A stretch of 64,000 bases of DNA from Cyanidioschyzon merolae (taxonomy: Eukaryota): NCBI GenBank assembly GCA_000091205.1, contig AP006483.2. One strand, given 5' to 3'. Under the pieces are notes generated by a model, which was given only the letters and a program-made list of their open reading frames with translations, searched no databases and was not told the origin of the DNA. The position numbers and the translations under genes are program-made. Numbering within the stretch: position 1 is the first letter of the stretch; each line of letters starts with the position of its first letter. This document shows, piece after piece, positions 45,953 to 57,705 of the stretch.

Positions 45953-48900
45953 CGGTTTCGACGGCTGGAAACGCACCTCTCATGCATTCATGGAGATGCT
46001 GCTGGTGACACGTGTATCGCCTCTCGAACGTGGGTGCTTCAGGCACTCATTTGAACTCTAGAACATCGACACGAAGAGTGATCCTGGTAGCAGAAGTCGT
46101 ATTCATGCACGCAGGAATGAGCGAACGGGTCTCACGGGTGGATCAGCGTGTTCGACGCACCAGCGCGTCCTCGCGGCTGCAAGTGACGTCCCCAAAATGA
46201 ATTGGATCATGAGCAACCTCGTATTCATGGACGCTGGAACACGAGGAATGCGTCGACGAGTGCATCAGTGTGGATGGCGTACCGCTGACTTGGCCCCGCT
46301 GGAAACTCCTCTAGAGCTGCCGCTTGAGGCAATCAGGTATCCGCGCGGAACGTCTTGAACGCGCAGTGCATACCACTTTGAGTTTCAACACCGAGTGTGC
46401 GGGTAGGCTCATGATCGCTTGTAGCATTTTGCTTAGAAAATATTCGGACTTGACCAAGTATTGTTTTTTCTTGCGTCATATTCGAGACTCCTGGCCCAGA
46501 GTTTTGAGGTAAGTGGTGTCGCAAACGCGTGCACGACGCGGGGTATGTGCGACGTGCCTGGCCTCGGCGGCCCTGTTTGGCAATCAGACCCGCTCGCGAC
46601 TACGCCCTTTGCATACCGTCGTCTGGAGTTCTGAAATATGACCTAGAAGCTCCGCATCTCGTTGAGATAATCGTAAAACGGAAAATGATCGCGAGGTGCC
46701 CATGTCGCTCTGCACGCCAGTGTGCATGCTTTATACCCGTATGCGAAACTAACGCAGCAGGGTCCGCGTACTCGGGCGTACAACGTAGATCTTTGGTCTG
46801 TGGGTTCTGTCGTCAGTGCCAGCCTTTGCGGGATTTCTGGACTGCAGTTCCTCTTCCTATCTGTTATCTTCGGCCGGAGGTAAGCCGGTTTCTGCTTTCC
46901 CTGCCAGCTCGATTGTCAGCAGTTGAGGGATGTCGATGGCAGCGTTCACGTCCCGATGTCACCGCTTTCTGCCCTGAGCGACGTATCCCATACGTAGGCA
47001 AAAGGTGCGAGCGATGATTTGCTTGATGAGTTTCGATACGTATAGTCCATGTTCGCGCTTCGCAGCGGAGACCCATTATTGTATGTACGTACTCCATTGT
47101 GTACACGAGCGCGACTCTGCAAAGAGCCGCCTTATGGCCTCGTAACGCTTGATCCATTGATTGGTACAAGTGATCAATGGGTACTGAGTGCTCCGCTTGG
47201 TGCCTTGCTCCGTTTCCGTGCACAGTACCGTGCTCAAAAATCATGGGTTTCATTCGGACAATCCCCTGGGCGAGTGCGCTGTCCGCTGTATACCAAAGCG
47301 CACACTATTCAATTCGATAACTCGTTACCAGCTTCCGAGCACGCTCGTCGTATGCTGTGTACGCTCCCCGCGAAACGTGTCCACGCGCATCAAGGGCATC
47401 AAGGCATGCCTCCAATTCGTGGGCAAAATGTGCACATGGCAGAGCGACTTGCGAGAATGCGTCCCAGACTTGTGAGACTCTTTTCGGTTTCGTTCGCACG
47501 CTCGTCGTTCTGTTCTTTTTATGTGCCTCCATCCGGTGAAACCAAGATGAGAGACGCGCGAGTACCACATAACGACAGTGGGTGCATTTTGGTGAATTTG
47601 GCAATCATGGCTATGAAGCGTCGCCGGTGTCAACAAGTCGTGTTCTTGTTGTTGGTGGCTTTTTTGTGTTTCAGGCTCCGCTTTGGGTCTAACGGAGGCG
47701 CAGGTGTAGAGATTCGCGCTACTGCGGCCTGCACCGATGCTCACCGCACTGCAGACCAACTTCTCGAGGCAAACGCATCTGCTTGGACATGGGAACTCCA
47801 CGTATTTCCTTATCTGAGCTTGGGGAGCGTTTCCGCTCCGAGACGGATCGTAAAGTGTCCGCGACACTCGCGTTGACGACCATGCATACTGGTATACACA
47901 GCACCGGTCTCGATAGCGGGCAGCAGGCCTCGTTGCCGACGTGCGAGCATCTCGCTGGTCCACATTTCCTCGCCTTTCGCATCTTTCTCTGTGCTCCGCC
48001 GATCTCGTTTCACCAATGGTTCACGAATTGCTTCGAATTTTTGTACAAAAAATTTACAGTCCACTTTATGAACGTGATAGCGCTGCTCAGCTCCTATTTG
48101 CTCGCCTCGAGTCTCTTGGTCTCCATCAAACGATGTTGTACCGACTATGCACAAGCGATTCCCTCTACAACGAAACGAAAAATGCACGAATCGAGGTGCT
48201 GGTGCAAGCGACCTGGAGACGCATTCGGAGCTGCATAAAAAGTCTATACTCATCAGGGGCGCTCTGAAAAAGCATACCAGACCCAGAAGCACAACGTCCT
48301 GCCTAGGTGGACTACACGCCAGCGGCAGCTGCATGTTCTCCTGAGTATCTTCGAGTCTGGGGAGTCTTCGATGACGTTTTCTCGTGTTCTCCATATGCGC
48401 CGAGTCGATGCTCTTCGGGATAGCGCCGGTTCTGAAGAGGTTCCTCATGCCGTCCCAGTCTAGTGACAGAATCGTCGCTCGTTTGCCAGCGCTGCATCGT
48501 ATCCATCACTGGCCGATGGCAGTGAGCACCCAGGTTATTCAGGACCGCAGTGCGTACTTTTCGGTCTTCGTGCTTGTCTGGAGAAAGCAGACCCCAGAGA
48601 ATTCGATGTGTCTCCTCGCTGTTCTTGCGTCGTGATGAAGGACTCTTCACAGTCATCGATCACTGCTGCCCAATGCCATATCGTCGATGGCAACAAATAG
48701 AGGAGCATGTGCCTCTCGAACGGAGTCGATTCTTTGACGTGACACGTTCATTGAGCTTTCGGTATGATCCTATGGACGAATCTTCACGAGATGACGTCAT
48801 GTTTGCTCTCCGTGTCAGTCCCGAAGCGCGAAGAACTGCACCCATTCGTTGCCATGGAACAGAGAGATCGAAACCTTGAGGAATGCGTGATATGAGTGTG

Positions 48901-49957
48901 CTGAACGTAGGAAAAAAAGAGAAGCGCAGAGGGTTGTACGTATGCCTTGAAAAATAATACAATTCGTTATCTTACGAACACTTGTTTGACGGCGTACTGA
49001 ATCACTTTGACAAAGGTGAGGTCACGAACTTCAGCGGTAAAGCATCGAGAGCGCCTCCCCGGAAACACAACCGAGAATCCAGAAACTGCATGTGCGTCCA
49101 TGAATCCTTTCTATTGCGGCACTTGGCATGTCGATACTGTACATCTAGCCAAACCTCCGAAAACCTGCAAATCACGCACAATTCGAGTGAATTTGTGTCC
49201 CACGTAAATCGAACACCGGTGCAGCCTCGAGCGCGACTCCCTACGAAGCCTCCAGGGCTAGGGGTCCGGAAATCTGCACGCGCGTCTCCCTGCTCCTGGT
49301 CGTTGAACGGGTACAGTGCCTATGGATCCAAATCATTTCAGCTGCTGGCATATAGGCACCATCCACACGACGAGAGAACGACCCTGGCGCCCGGCTTTGA
49401 CTAGTTGTGCGCCCTCGAGCGCATTTCGGGTACCAGGCATCGCGTGATCGATCGGCTATCGCCTTCTATGCACAAAAGGGTGTCGTTCGAGAAACCGTCC
49501 AGGGCCCCGAGCGGCTGGGAATTCCCCGGTACAAGCGGCGACGACCACGGCTTCAACGCAATCCAGTGGTTGCGTCTTAGGCTGCTTTGATCTTTTAGGG
49601 TCAATACATGCATCCCGAAATCTGTACTGAGACAGCAGATGGAGAAGGATCCATAGAAGCAGCAGCGCACTGCTTGGAAACGGACGAACAACTAATGAAC
49701 ATACATACTGTGTGTGTGCGCGTTCGCGTGTGCATGTACACCTGCCACAAACGCAGGCACCCCACACGAGCGACAAATGCGGTGTTGCGCAGTGCACTCC
49801 AAGTCTGCACTGAGCGCGACATCATAGGCGACCAGGATACGAACACACCCGGATGAAACTGCGAAAAGCAGCATACAGACAGGTCGGACGTACCGTGCTC
49901 GCGTTGAAACACGAGCCTAGTGCGAGAGCTGTGCACCGCATCACCAGGCACTGGAGA

Positions 49958-51628
49958 TTAGAAGCGAGCCGTCTTGGGTCGATGGTTGCGCAAATCATCC
50001 GACGGGGTGCCGTCGATGTCCGTCTCGGACTTGGCACCGCGCGGGACTCGTTCCAGGGTAGCGACCAATGCCTGCGCGACTTTCTCTTGCCGTGCACGAA
50101 CGTACTTATCGCTGACCTGCATCCGTTTGTAATAGCCATCGATTTCAACGGACTTGAGGCCTGCCGCAGAACAGATCGCTCGCTTCACTCGAGCTGCAAA
50201 CTCGGCGGCCGATTCATTCGGTTGTTGTTTCATGGGCTCCAGGAAGTAGACGTCAGCAACTAACGCCCAACTCGTCCAGATACGAAAGAGATGCCAAAGA
50301 AACGACTCCTCCATGGAGTTCCAGAACGCGTCCGCGAAAAGCTTGTTGTACTTGATTGCAACCGGGTAAATGACGGCATCCTTCATCTCGAAGGCGCCCT
50401 TCTTAAACATTAAGCAGTATTCATTGTTCACACAGGTACCCTCGGGAAAAATGAGCAGTGGTGGAACATTCGGCTTCTGAAGGTGTTCTTCGATCCGTTT
50501 CCGTACAAGCTGTCGATCCTGGAGGTCGTCGCGCGAGAACCAGATGCATCCAAGACACTCGAGGACGTGCTTTTGGAGCAAGCCCACGATACCACCGTGT
50601 GCCTGGCCAACGGTCGCAAACGGACACAGTTGCTGGAGCACAATCAAATCGATCAGCGACGAGTGATTCGCAACGTAAATCGCATGCGGTCGCATTCGTG
50701 GACGAGTTCCATGATACGCGATAACGCCGCTCATAGACATGATCCAGCACGCTGAGTACAAGACAATAAGCTTTCTTTCCAGCTCGTGACGACGTTCTGG
50801 ATTTCTTCGATAGAGCCATTTGGTTATGGAGAACGCGAGCGCGAAAAGCACGCTCCCACTCACGAGGCAGAGTACGCGCAAAGGCAGTAGGATGCCGTAT
50901 CGGATAACGACACCGAATACCCATGGTAAGAAAAGGTACACGTTCCAGTTCCACGCAGGGACAGGGGTCCGTTTGAAGCACCGCGAAAACTCATCTTCAA
51001 CCACATCCTCCATAGCTTCCGTCGCGAATGTCAGCGGAGCAAAGAGAAGCGGTAACCCGCTGACAGGCATTGCCTCTGTCCCGAGCACCTCCATGAGCGC
51101 CCGCTCGAAGCGCTCTTGCACGCGTTCGCGATCAGAGGAGGCATCCAGGTCACCACGTACCATTCCAGCAAGGTCGGCCCAGGATTCGCTTGCTCTCTGG
51201 AGCGCCAGTTTCGTGCGAGTCTGTCCTCGGGTAAGCAGACCCTCGCGCGGACCCTGGCTCCTTGCCGACGGCGACGCCTGCGCAGCATTCATCAAGACCG
51301 TAGATAACTCCTGGGTCACGGCCAGCGGCGAAGCGCGCTCCACTTGTTTTCCTTGACCTCGCATTGTCTGGGTGATGTCGTAGGCAGCGGGCCGCTCTTG
51401 AGGCGCCTCGATCAGAGGGGTTGGAGGTCTCTCCCTACTCAGTGGCGGTGCCGTTGCAGGTGACGTGTTCCGATCTCCGTCATCGAACACCTTATCTTGC
51501 GCTTTCGCGAAAGAACCAGTTCTCTTTTCAGCGTCGAGGTACTGGGCCACACGCGCGTCCACCGGAACGGGCTCTTCCCCAGGGTTCTCGCCCAGAGGCG
51601 GCTGTGCTTTGGCGGTGGTCGCTGCCAT
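49958..51628 (-). CDS. Glycerol-3-phosphate acyltransferase, GPAT9 / GPAT3-4 (AGPAT6) type
   Basis: 556 aa. VANHSSLIDLIVL (HxxxxD acyltransferase motif I), GGIVGLLQKHVLECLGCIWFSR, LLIFPEGTCVNNEYCLMFKKGAFE (motif III-IV), AIKYNKLFADAFWNS. Strong resemblance to the GPAT9 consensus NHTSMIDFI.L...GWVGLLQ...GCIWF.R / FPEGTCVNN. Confidence 0.8.
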   Translation of the reverse strand: MAATTAKAQPPLGENPGEEPVPVDARVAQYLDAEKRTGSFAKAQDKVFDDGDRNTSPATAPPLSRERPPTPLIEAPQERPAAYDITQTMRGQGKQVERASPLAVTQELSTVLMNAAQASPSARSQGPREGLLTRGQTRTKLALQRASESWADLAGMVRGDLDASSDRERVQERFERALMEVLGTEAMPVSGLPLLFAPLTFATEAMEDVVEDEFSRCFKRTPVPAWNWNVYLFLPWVFGVVIRYGILLPLRVLCLVSGSVLFALAFSITKWLYRRNPERRHELERKLIVLYSACWIMSMSGVIAYHGTRPRMRPHAIYVANHSSLIDLIVLQQLCPFATVGQAHGGIVGLLQKHVLECLGCIWFSRDDLQDRQLVRKRIEEHLQKPNVPPLLIFPEGTCVNNEYCLMFKKGAFEMKDAVIYPVAIKYNKLFADAFWNSMEESFLWHLFRIWTSWALVADVYFLEPMKQQPNESAAEFAARVKRAICSAAGLKSVEIDGYYKRMQVSDKYVRARQEKVAQALVATLERVPRGAKSETDIDGTPSDDLRNHRPKTARF

Positions 51629-51759
51629 GCCTCACCGACACCGTTCAGAACCAGGCGGAAGCTGCAGAAGCTGGATTCGCCACCGAAAACCCGACGGACG
51701 AAAGACTTGAGTCACGTCGGACCCGTCTCTGGAATAGAGAAAAAAGGTTTTGGCCAGTT

Positions 51760-54420
51760 TATCGTGACGTTGTCGAGCAGGCGTGCGCTGCGCCTCAGGG
51801 CGTGTGCTCCAGAGGCAACGCCAGTGCCGATTGGTGCCGGCGCACCGTATACCGCACTCAACTGAAGCGTGTTCCACACAAAGGTGTGTGGAAGTCGATG
51901 CTTTTTTCGTTGTATGTAGCAGACGCTATCGCAGGTCGTTCATTAGACGTGATAAAAAAATCTAAGGGAATGGTATGGGGGTGCTATGCGGAAATCCCGG
52001 AAGGCTTTCATTGCCGGGTTGAACAAAACTGGAAAGCCGTGCCGAGCATAGAGGAACGGGAAAGGACGATGCAGCAGAAGCAATCGCGCGAGGCCGGACG
52101 TTGAAAAGGATCTCGAAAGACGACAGTACGACGGGATGGTGGTGAAAGCCTCTTTTCTTGGCCATAGCTAGTATCCCTACAAAAAAAAGTTACGAGAAAC
52201 GATCAGAAACCTTGTCGAGTCGTATTCAATGAGTATTATTGAGGCTTCTTCGGGACTGGTGCATATGGCGAAGGAGATGTACGACAATGTGACGGACATT
52301 CGAAGAGTCAAGATTCCGGACGAGTTTTTCGACAAGACCTTTATTCGTCACCTTGTGCTTGGTACAGGGGATGCGCGGGGTGAAAATGAGCGGGTGCACG
52401 TCCTCCACGAAAACTTTGCAGAATTCCGCTTCGAGGGTAATCGATACAGGGGTGACGCGGATGCTTACATATACGGGGCGATGAAGTATCTCACGAATCT
52501 GAAGAACCATTTGACAATGAACGTCGAACGTTTCATGATACGCCCCGTGTTTGCACTTTACGCGGGCATCTCTCGCAAAGGAATATGGGCAATTATCAAT
52601 GGCTTTACAAACAATCCCCAGCATGAAGATGAGGTTGAATTCGTCGACAAGAAGGCGTCACACAGGAGAAGGAATGAAGCTTCTGTAATCCGTGCGCCTA
52701 CTAAAGAGCACCGCGCAGAATTGGGACTGGCGAATCCAGCAGAAAAGATATCAGAGTTGAAAACAGATACGGAAAGATACTAATATCTCATCCTGCGGTA
52801 TTTCGTGTTTTTGGACCGCGAGCTCGAACGCAAGGCGGAGATGATGCTAAGTGAGGAAAAAATGAAGTGCGGGAGAGACGGAAGGCTTTCCGAATGGGGG
52901 AGCGCTCCAACATCGTTCCGTTGTGCAACATCAAGTCACATTTTGTGCGTATTGATTCCGGCGTCCTTTACGGCATCATGAAGGGGATCTGTCCGGGGTT
53001 CGATGTAAGGAAGACAGAGTTCTCCGGTGAAACCCAGGAGACGTACTGGAAGAATATCTTCGATATCAAACGTCTCAAAGTGAGCAAGAAAAAGAAATTC
53101 ACTGGGATGATAGAAACTGATGGACTAGCCATATGTGTACACTATCGGCGGTTCAAGACAGATCGGCATGTTCCGTCTTCGGCTTTGCCCGAGACGAAGC
53201 ATGAAGATGAGAAGGAGGAGGATCCTGCGATGCAGAACGTGCAGAAGAACGACTTTTTCGTTGGCGCGGACCCCGGGAACACGAACATCGTAACCATCGC
53301 AGTACGCAGGCGTGCGGAAGATGGTACTGATGGTACCTTGCGTCGGAAAGAAATGCGTCTATTGAGATTCTCTAGAGCGAGATACGATCGAGAATGGGGA
53401 ATCATGAATGCGAGGAGGAAAATCGAGACTTGGAATGCAGGAGTGAAAGAGCACCTGGAAGCTATGAGCGAAGTGACGAGCCGCGAAGCAGACTTGAAAG
53501 CTTTTCGGGAGTCCATGGAAGTTCGCGTTGCGCATTGGGAGGCGCTGTGGGCGGCGGAGTATACAAAGCCCCGGTGGGCTCGTTTGCGAATGAATTTGTA
53601 TTTTGGGAAACAGCGTGCATTCGCGAATTTTTTTTCAATGAGTTGAGCGCCTTGAAGGAGGATGAAAGTCAGAGGCTCCTAGTAGCATACGGAGCAGGGC
53701 GATGGAAGATCCAAAAAGAAACTATGCCAGCTCCAACGACGAGAACATTCAAAGAGTGCGCAAGGCGCTTCGTTACGATACCTGTAGATGAGTTCCGAAT
53801 GTCCTACACACACCATGAACTGGGATGTACACTTCAGAACGTCGAGATGGAAAAGTGCCAGCGGAGCCCTGAGGAGGATATAGCAAAATATGGACCGCTG
53901 GCGGAAGAGCAAATGGAAAGGAGAGCGAAAGCTCGAGGACTACTTGCATTAGTAAGTACAACCAACGATGGCAAGAAACGGATGGAGTTTGTGAATCGAG
54001 ACTTGAACGCCGCGATCAATATACGGGGATGGGCGGTGATGGAGCATAAACCTCCAGACAGGACAAGAGTGAACTTTATCGGACAATCACTTCAAGTCGA
54101 ACTATATGAGAAAAAGTTGAAACCAGTAGTCGTTGGCCGGTCCAAAAAACTGGGAGGCGTCTGCACGTCACTTGGAGACTTCTTGTCTAGGGCAGGCTTC
54201 TCGCCACTATTGTACCACTGGCAGCAGCGTTTGTCTTTTGAAAGGCGTTTGTTGTTGGAGGTGGGCGTGAACGAAGGCCACTGTGAAAAGTCTGCGTCAA
54301 GTCGCTTTTTCTTTCGTACTCCCAGGCCTTCTGCAGCTGAGCAAACTACTGAACCGAGCGCTTAGGGCGACTCGGGTTTCTGTGAGAGGCAGCCCGCGGT
54401 TGGTATCATGGTGCGGCACA
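51760..54420 (+). mobile_element. TnpB/Fanzor-like element, copy 2 (more intact); boundaries approximate
   Basis: Homology with copy 1 starts in the GPAT9 5' flank (about 51.78-51.9 kb: ctgaagcgtgttccacac vs cagaagcgtgttgttcag). It runs past the end of the coding frame to about 54.3-54.4 kb (e.g. ctgggaggc[g/t]tctgcacgtca[c/g]ttgg...ctcgccacta[t/c]tgtac). Confidence 0.6.
52229..54365 (+). pseudogene. TnpB/Fanzor-like RuvC-family nuclease (IS605 OrfB/TnpB superfamily), about 700 codons across three frames; either disabled or intron-containing
   Basis: ORF pieces are 52229-52783, 52867-53646 and 53394-54365. RuvC-I-like [17 protein letters not shown] (about 53255-53305). A helical Arg-rich segment [16 protein letters not shown] Zn-finger-like PVDEFRMSYTHHELGCTLQNVEMEKCQRS. 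RuvC-III MEFVNRDLNAAINIRGWAV (about 53982-54038), i.e. the D-x-N-A-A-x-N-I hallmark. A TAA stop follows ...KTDTERY at 52781 (copy 1 reads ERYYRLVLRY through). Frame switches occur near 52905 and 53640. Confidence 0.65.
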
Positions 54421-56816
54421 CGCCTCGGCGAGGTTCGGGTGTGGGCACTGCAGCCCCAGCGGTTGCGTCCACATCCAGAGCAAAGCACGGACCTGTTGCT
54501 GCAACAGCGGTGCCACAGCAGGCATCCACACCCCCGTGCGATGTCTCTGGAGAGGACCATGCGTCCCAGCCAGGCGCCTCAGCGGAGACGCTTGAGGTGC
54601 CCAGCGACTTTGGGTGCGACGACTTGCGCCCTGCAGCAAGCGCAACCCGGGATTCGGGCAAGCACCTGGAGCCGGACGCCGAACGGTTTGGCTCTTTGGA
54701 ACAGGTGCGTCAGGAAGCCGAAGCAGGAACGGAACTGACGCGCTCTGCACTGGGTCCTCGCCAAGTGCGGAAGCGAGTGGTGCAGCGTCGGTCCGCGACA
54801 GGCGCTGCAGAGCGAGCCCCAGTGAGTACGCACCCGCCGTCTGATGCGGCTCCAAGGAGCGGCACCTCTGTCGGAGGAACCAACACAGGACAGAGCGGGC
54901 AGGATGCTTGGCACCCAGCGGGTGCTTCTGGACCGGATGCCCCGGAAACCCCAGCTGCGTTCATCACCAGTGCTGCTGTTCCCGAAAGCACCGGTGCTGA
55001 TCTTCGTTGGACGCCTGCTCCCTCATCGGAGCATCTCACCAGAGGCGCTGTCGTCATGCGTTCGCCACAGGTCGACGGACCGGCCACAGCCGTCATCAAG
55101 CGCTGTCCGAACTGCGGGGGTGATGATCTCGAGTTTGGTAGCAGTTCGGGCCAAACAGCGTGCATGCTCTGCGGACATGTCGTTGAGGAGAACACCGTAG
55201 TCAATGAGCTCCAGTTCGTAGAGGGTGCTGGCGGTCACAGTGCCGTCGTAGGTCAGTTCGTACGCACCGGCAGCAGCGGAGCAGCGTCGCTGGGCGCAGC
55301 CGCTGCAGCCACCGCAGCCGGTGCGTCGCTGCTCTATAACGCATCCACGGCCGGTGTGACGCGTCTCACCATAGGGCATCGGGAGTCGCGGGAACTCACG
55401 TACGCAGCCGGACGCCGGAGAATCGCCACCATCGCTTCGCAGTTACACCTGCCGCCGCGGTTTGTGGATGCAGCGCATCGTTTGTTCACGCTGGCTGTCC
55501 AGCACAATTTCGTGCAGGGCAGGCGTACCCAGACGGTGGCGGCTGCAGCGCTCTACATTGTCTGTCGACGGGAGAAGACGCCGCATCTGCTCATTGACTT
55601 TAGCGATACGCTGCGTATCAATGTGTACGTCCTGGGTCATACTTATCTGAAATTGTGCCGCGTTCTGCATTTGGCATTGCCGATCATTGATCCTTCGTTT
55701 TACATTCACCGGTTTGCAAGTCGGTTAGATCTGGGCGAGAAGCAGAATGCAGTAGCGCAAACCGCACTGCGTCTGATCAGTCGAATGAAGAGGGACTGGA
55801 TCCATACTGGGCGGCGTCCGGCTGGTCTCTGTGGGGCAGCACTGCTCATTGCAGCTCGTATGCACGGCTTCCGTCGCTCGCAGCGTGAAATAGGTGCCGT
55901 CGTTCGTGTCGGTGATATGACCATTCGCCAGCGACTCTGTGAGATCGAAGAGACGCCCACTGGAACGCTCACTGGTCGAGAGCTTGCCGCCGAGTCGGGC
56001 TTGATCGAATCCGTTGCCGAGGAAGACACCACCGAGGCGCCTCTGGCGGCAACCGCGGATACCTCCGCAAACGCAGTGTCACCTGAGGCAGTTGACACAC
56101 TCGACGGCTGCGACCCGCCAGCGTTCCGGCGCCGGCACGCGTTGTCGTCGTCGTCGTCATTGGAGTGGCTCGAGCAGCAACACCACGTCCTGGAACAGAG
56201 CAAGGCAGCTGAACAGGACATTGTCGCGGATACCTCGCTTACCGAGCAGGAGCGAGCTTTTCTGGAAGCCTCCGCCACTGCCGAGGGCGAGCGCGTACCC
56301 GTAACGGTACTGGTGGCACCGGCAACGTCCCACGGTGCAGTCTCGAACTACGTCGGCTCGGTGAGGCGCGAGGCCTCGGGACCCCTGGCCCCGCTTGGCG
56401 CTGCAGCGGATGAGCGTGCCGCAAACCCGGTGACAACGGGCGTTATCGCTGGTACATCTGGTCTGTCGACGCGATCCGGCCCCGAGGGCGGAGCGAATTA
56501 TCGCTGGCTAAGCGACCGAGTCGAAGAGCTCAGCGACCTCGACTCCGAGGAGGAGGCTATGTTCGTGTGCACGCCCGAGGAAACTGCCTTTCGGGAGAAA
56601 ATATGGACGGCGATGAACCAGGAATGGATCGAGCGTGAGGCTGAAATCGCTCGTTGGGAACGCGACGATCCCGAGCGGTACCAGCGTCTCATGCGCAAAC
56701 GAGAGTACATGCGTGGTTTCTACAAATCCAACGCCAGCAACAGCGCCGCTGCTGAAGCGCCCTGGAGTCACAGCGCCACAGCAACAGCAGCAGCAGCAGC
56801 AGTTGCAACAACAACG

Positions 56817-56861
<45 letters not shown>

Positions 56862-57269
56862 CCTGGTGGCGAGCGTCCCAGTACAGTTGCACCTGCCGCA
56901 GTCGAGGCGGTCGTGCGCTCCGTACGCGACGCTGTGCGCAGCGCAGTGACGCACTCGAAGCGTACGAGCAAGAAAATCAACTATGATGCCCTAGAACAGT
57001 ACGACCTTGGCGGCCGTGGCGACTCGATTCCAACAAACGATGCCGAAACAGTCGCAGTCGCAGATGCTGCCGGGCGTCCATCGCAGCCAGCACCGAGTCT
57101 GTTTGACTTTGGTGATCAACCTGCACCCGAGAGACGACCACCGGTTGCGCAGTCGTCGATACCAGCACCAACGCGCGTAGCGAAACGCGTTGTTCGGCAG
57201 CAGCAGCACCATCAACAACAACAACAACGCGCCGCCTCCGCTACCCCTCAACCGACGCACCAGACATGA
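54408..57269 (+). CDS. BRF1: Transcription factor IIIB subunit Brf1 (TFIIB-related factor)
   Basis: 953-aa ORF. The TFIIB zinc ribbon is KRCPNCGGDDLEFGSSSGQTACMLCGHVVEEN. Two cyclin-fold repeats (RRIATIASQLHLPPRFVDAAHRLFTLAV...QGRRTQTVAAAALYIVCRREKTPHLLIDFSDTL...; ...ALRLISRMKRDWIHTGRRPAGLCGAALLIAARMHGFRRSQREIG). Brf1-specific C-terminal extension with polyA/polyQ. The first about 216 codons are Ala/Ser-rich and overlap the Fanzor-like element tail, so the true start may be the Met at about 55056 (MRSPQVDG...). Confidence 0.85.
56778..56860. repeat. (CAG)n coding microsatellite in Brf1 (polyQ/polyA depending on frame)
   Basis: cagcaacagcagcagcagcagcagttgcaacaacaacgacagcagcagcagcagcagcagcagcagcagcagcagcagc. 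Confidence 0.9.
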
Positions 57270-57705
57270 CGGAGCTAGGCGACGGAGCGTGCAGCAATCC
57301 AGGACGTTTCGTAATACATGGTGTTTAGGTACGGATCCGAGCGCATGACGGATACAAGGCTTACGCGTGTGCTGCTTCCGTTTCCCCGTATGCGCCTCGG
57401 ATGACTTGCGCAATAGACGGGACATATCCAGCTGCTTGGTGTAAACTCTGCTCGATGCTGCGTAGCGCCTGTGGACGTGAACCAGGCAAAGGCACGTGCA
57501 GGTCGGAACCTACCAACACCATCATCCTTGGATGCGAGGCTGGTGTTCGTGACCCTGAAGGTGGCGCGCGGGCCGGTGGATCACGGATGTCGCGTGCCTT
57601 CCTCCAGCGCGCAGCGCGAACGCAACGTATGACAGTAGCTAGCGGTGGTAGAGGCGAGTTGTTTCTGAACGCCTCGCGCGATACACGAGTCGAATGCGGG
57701 AGCGT

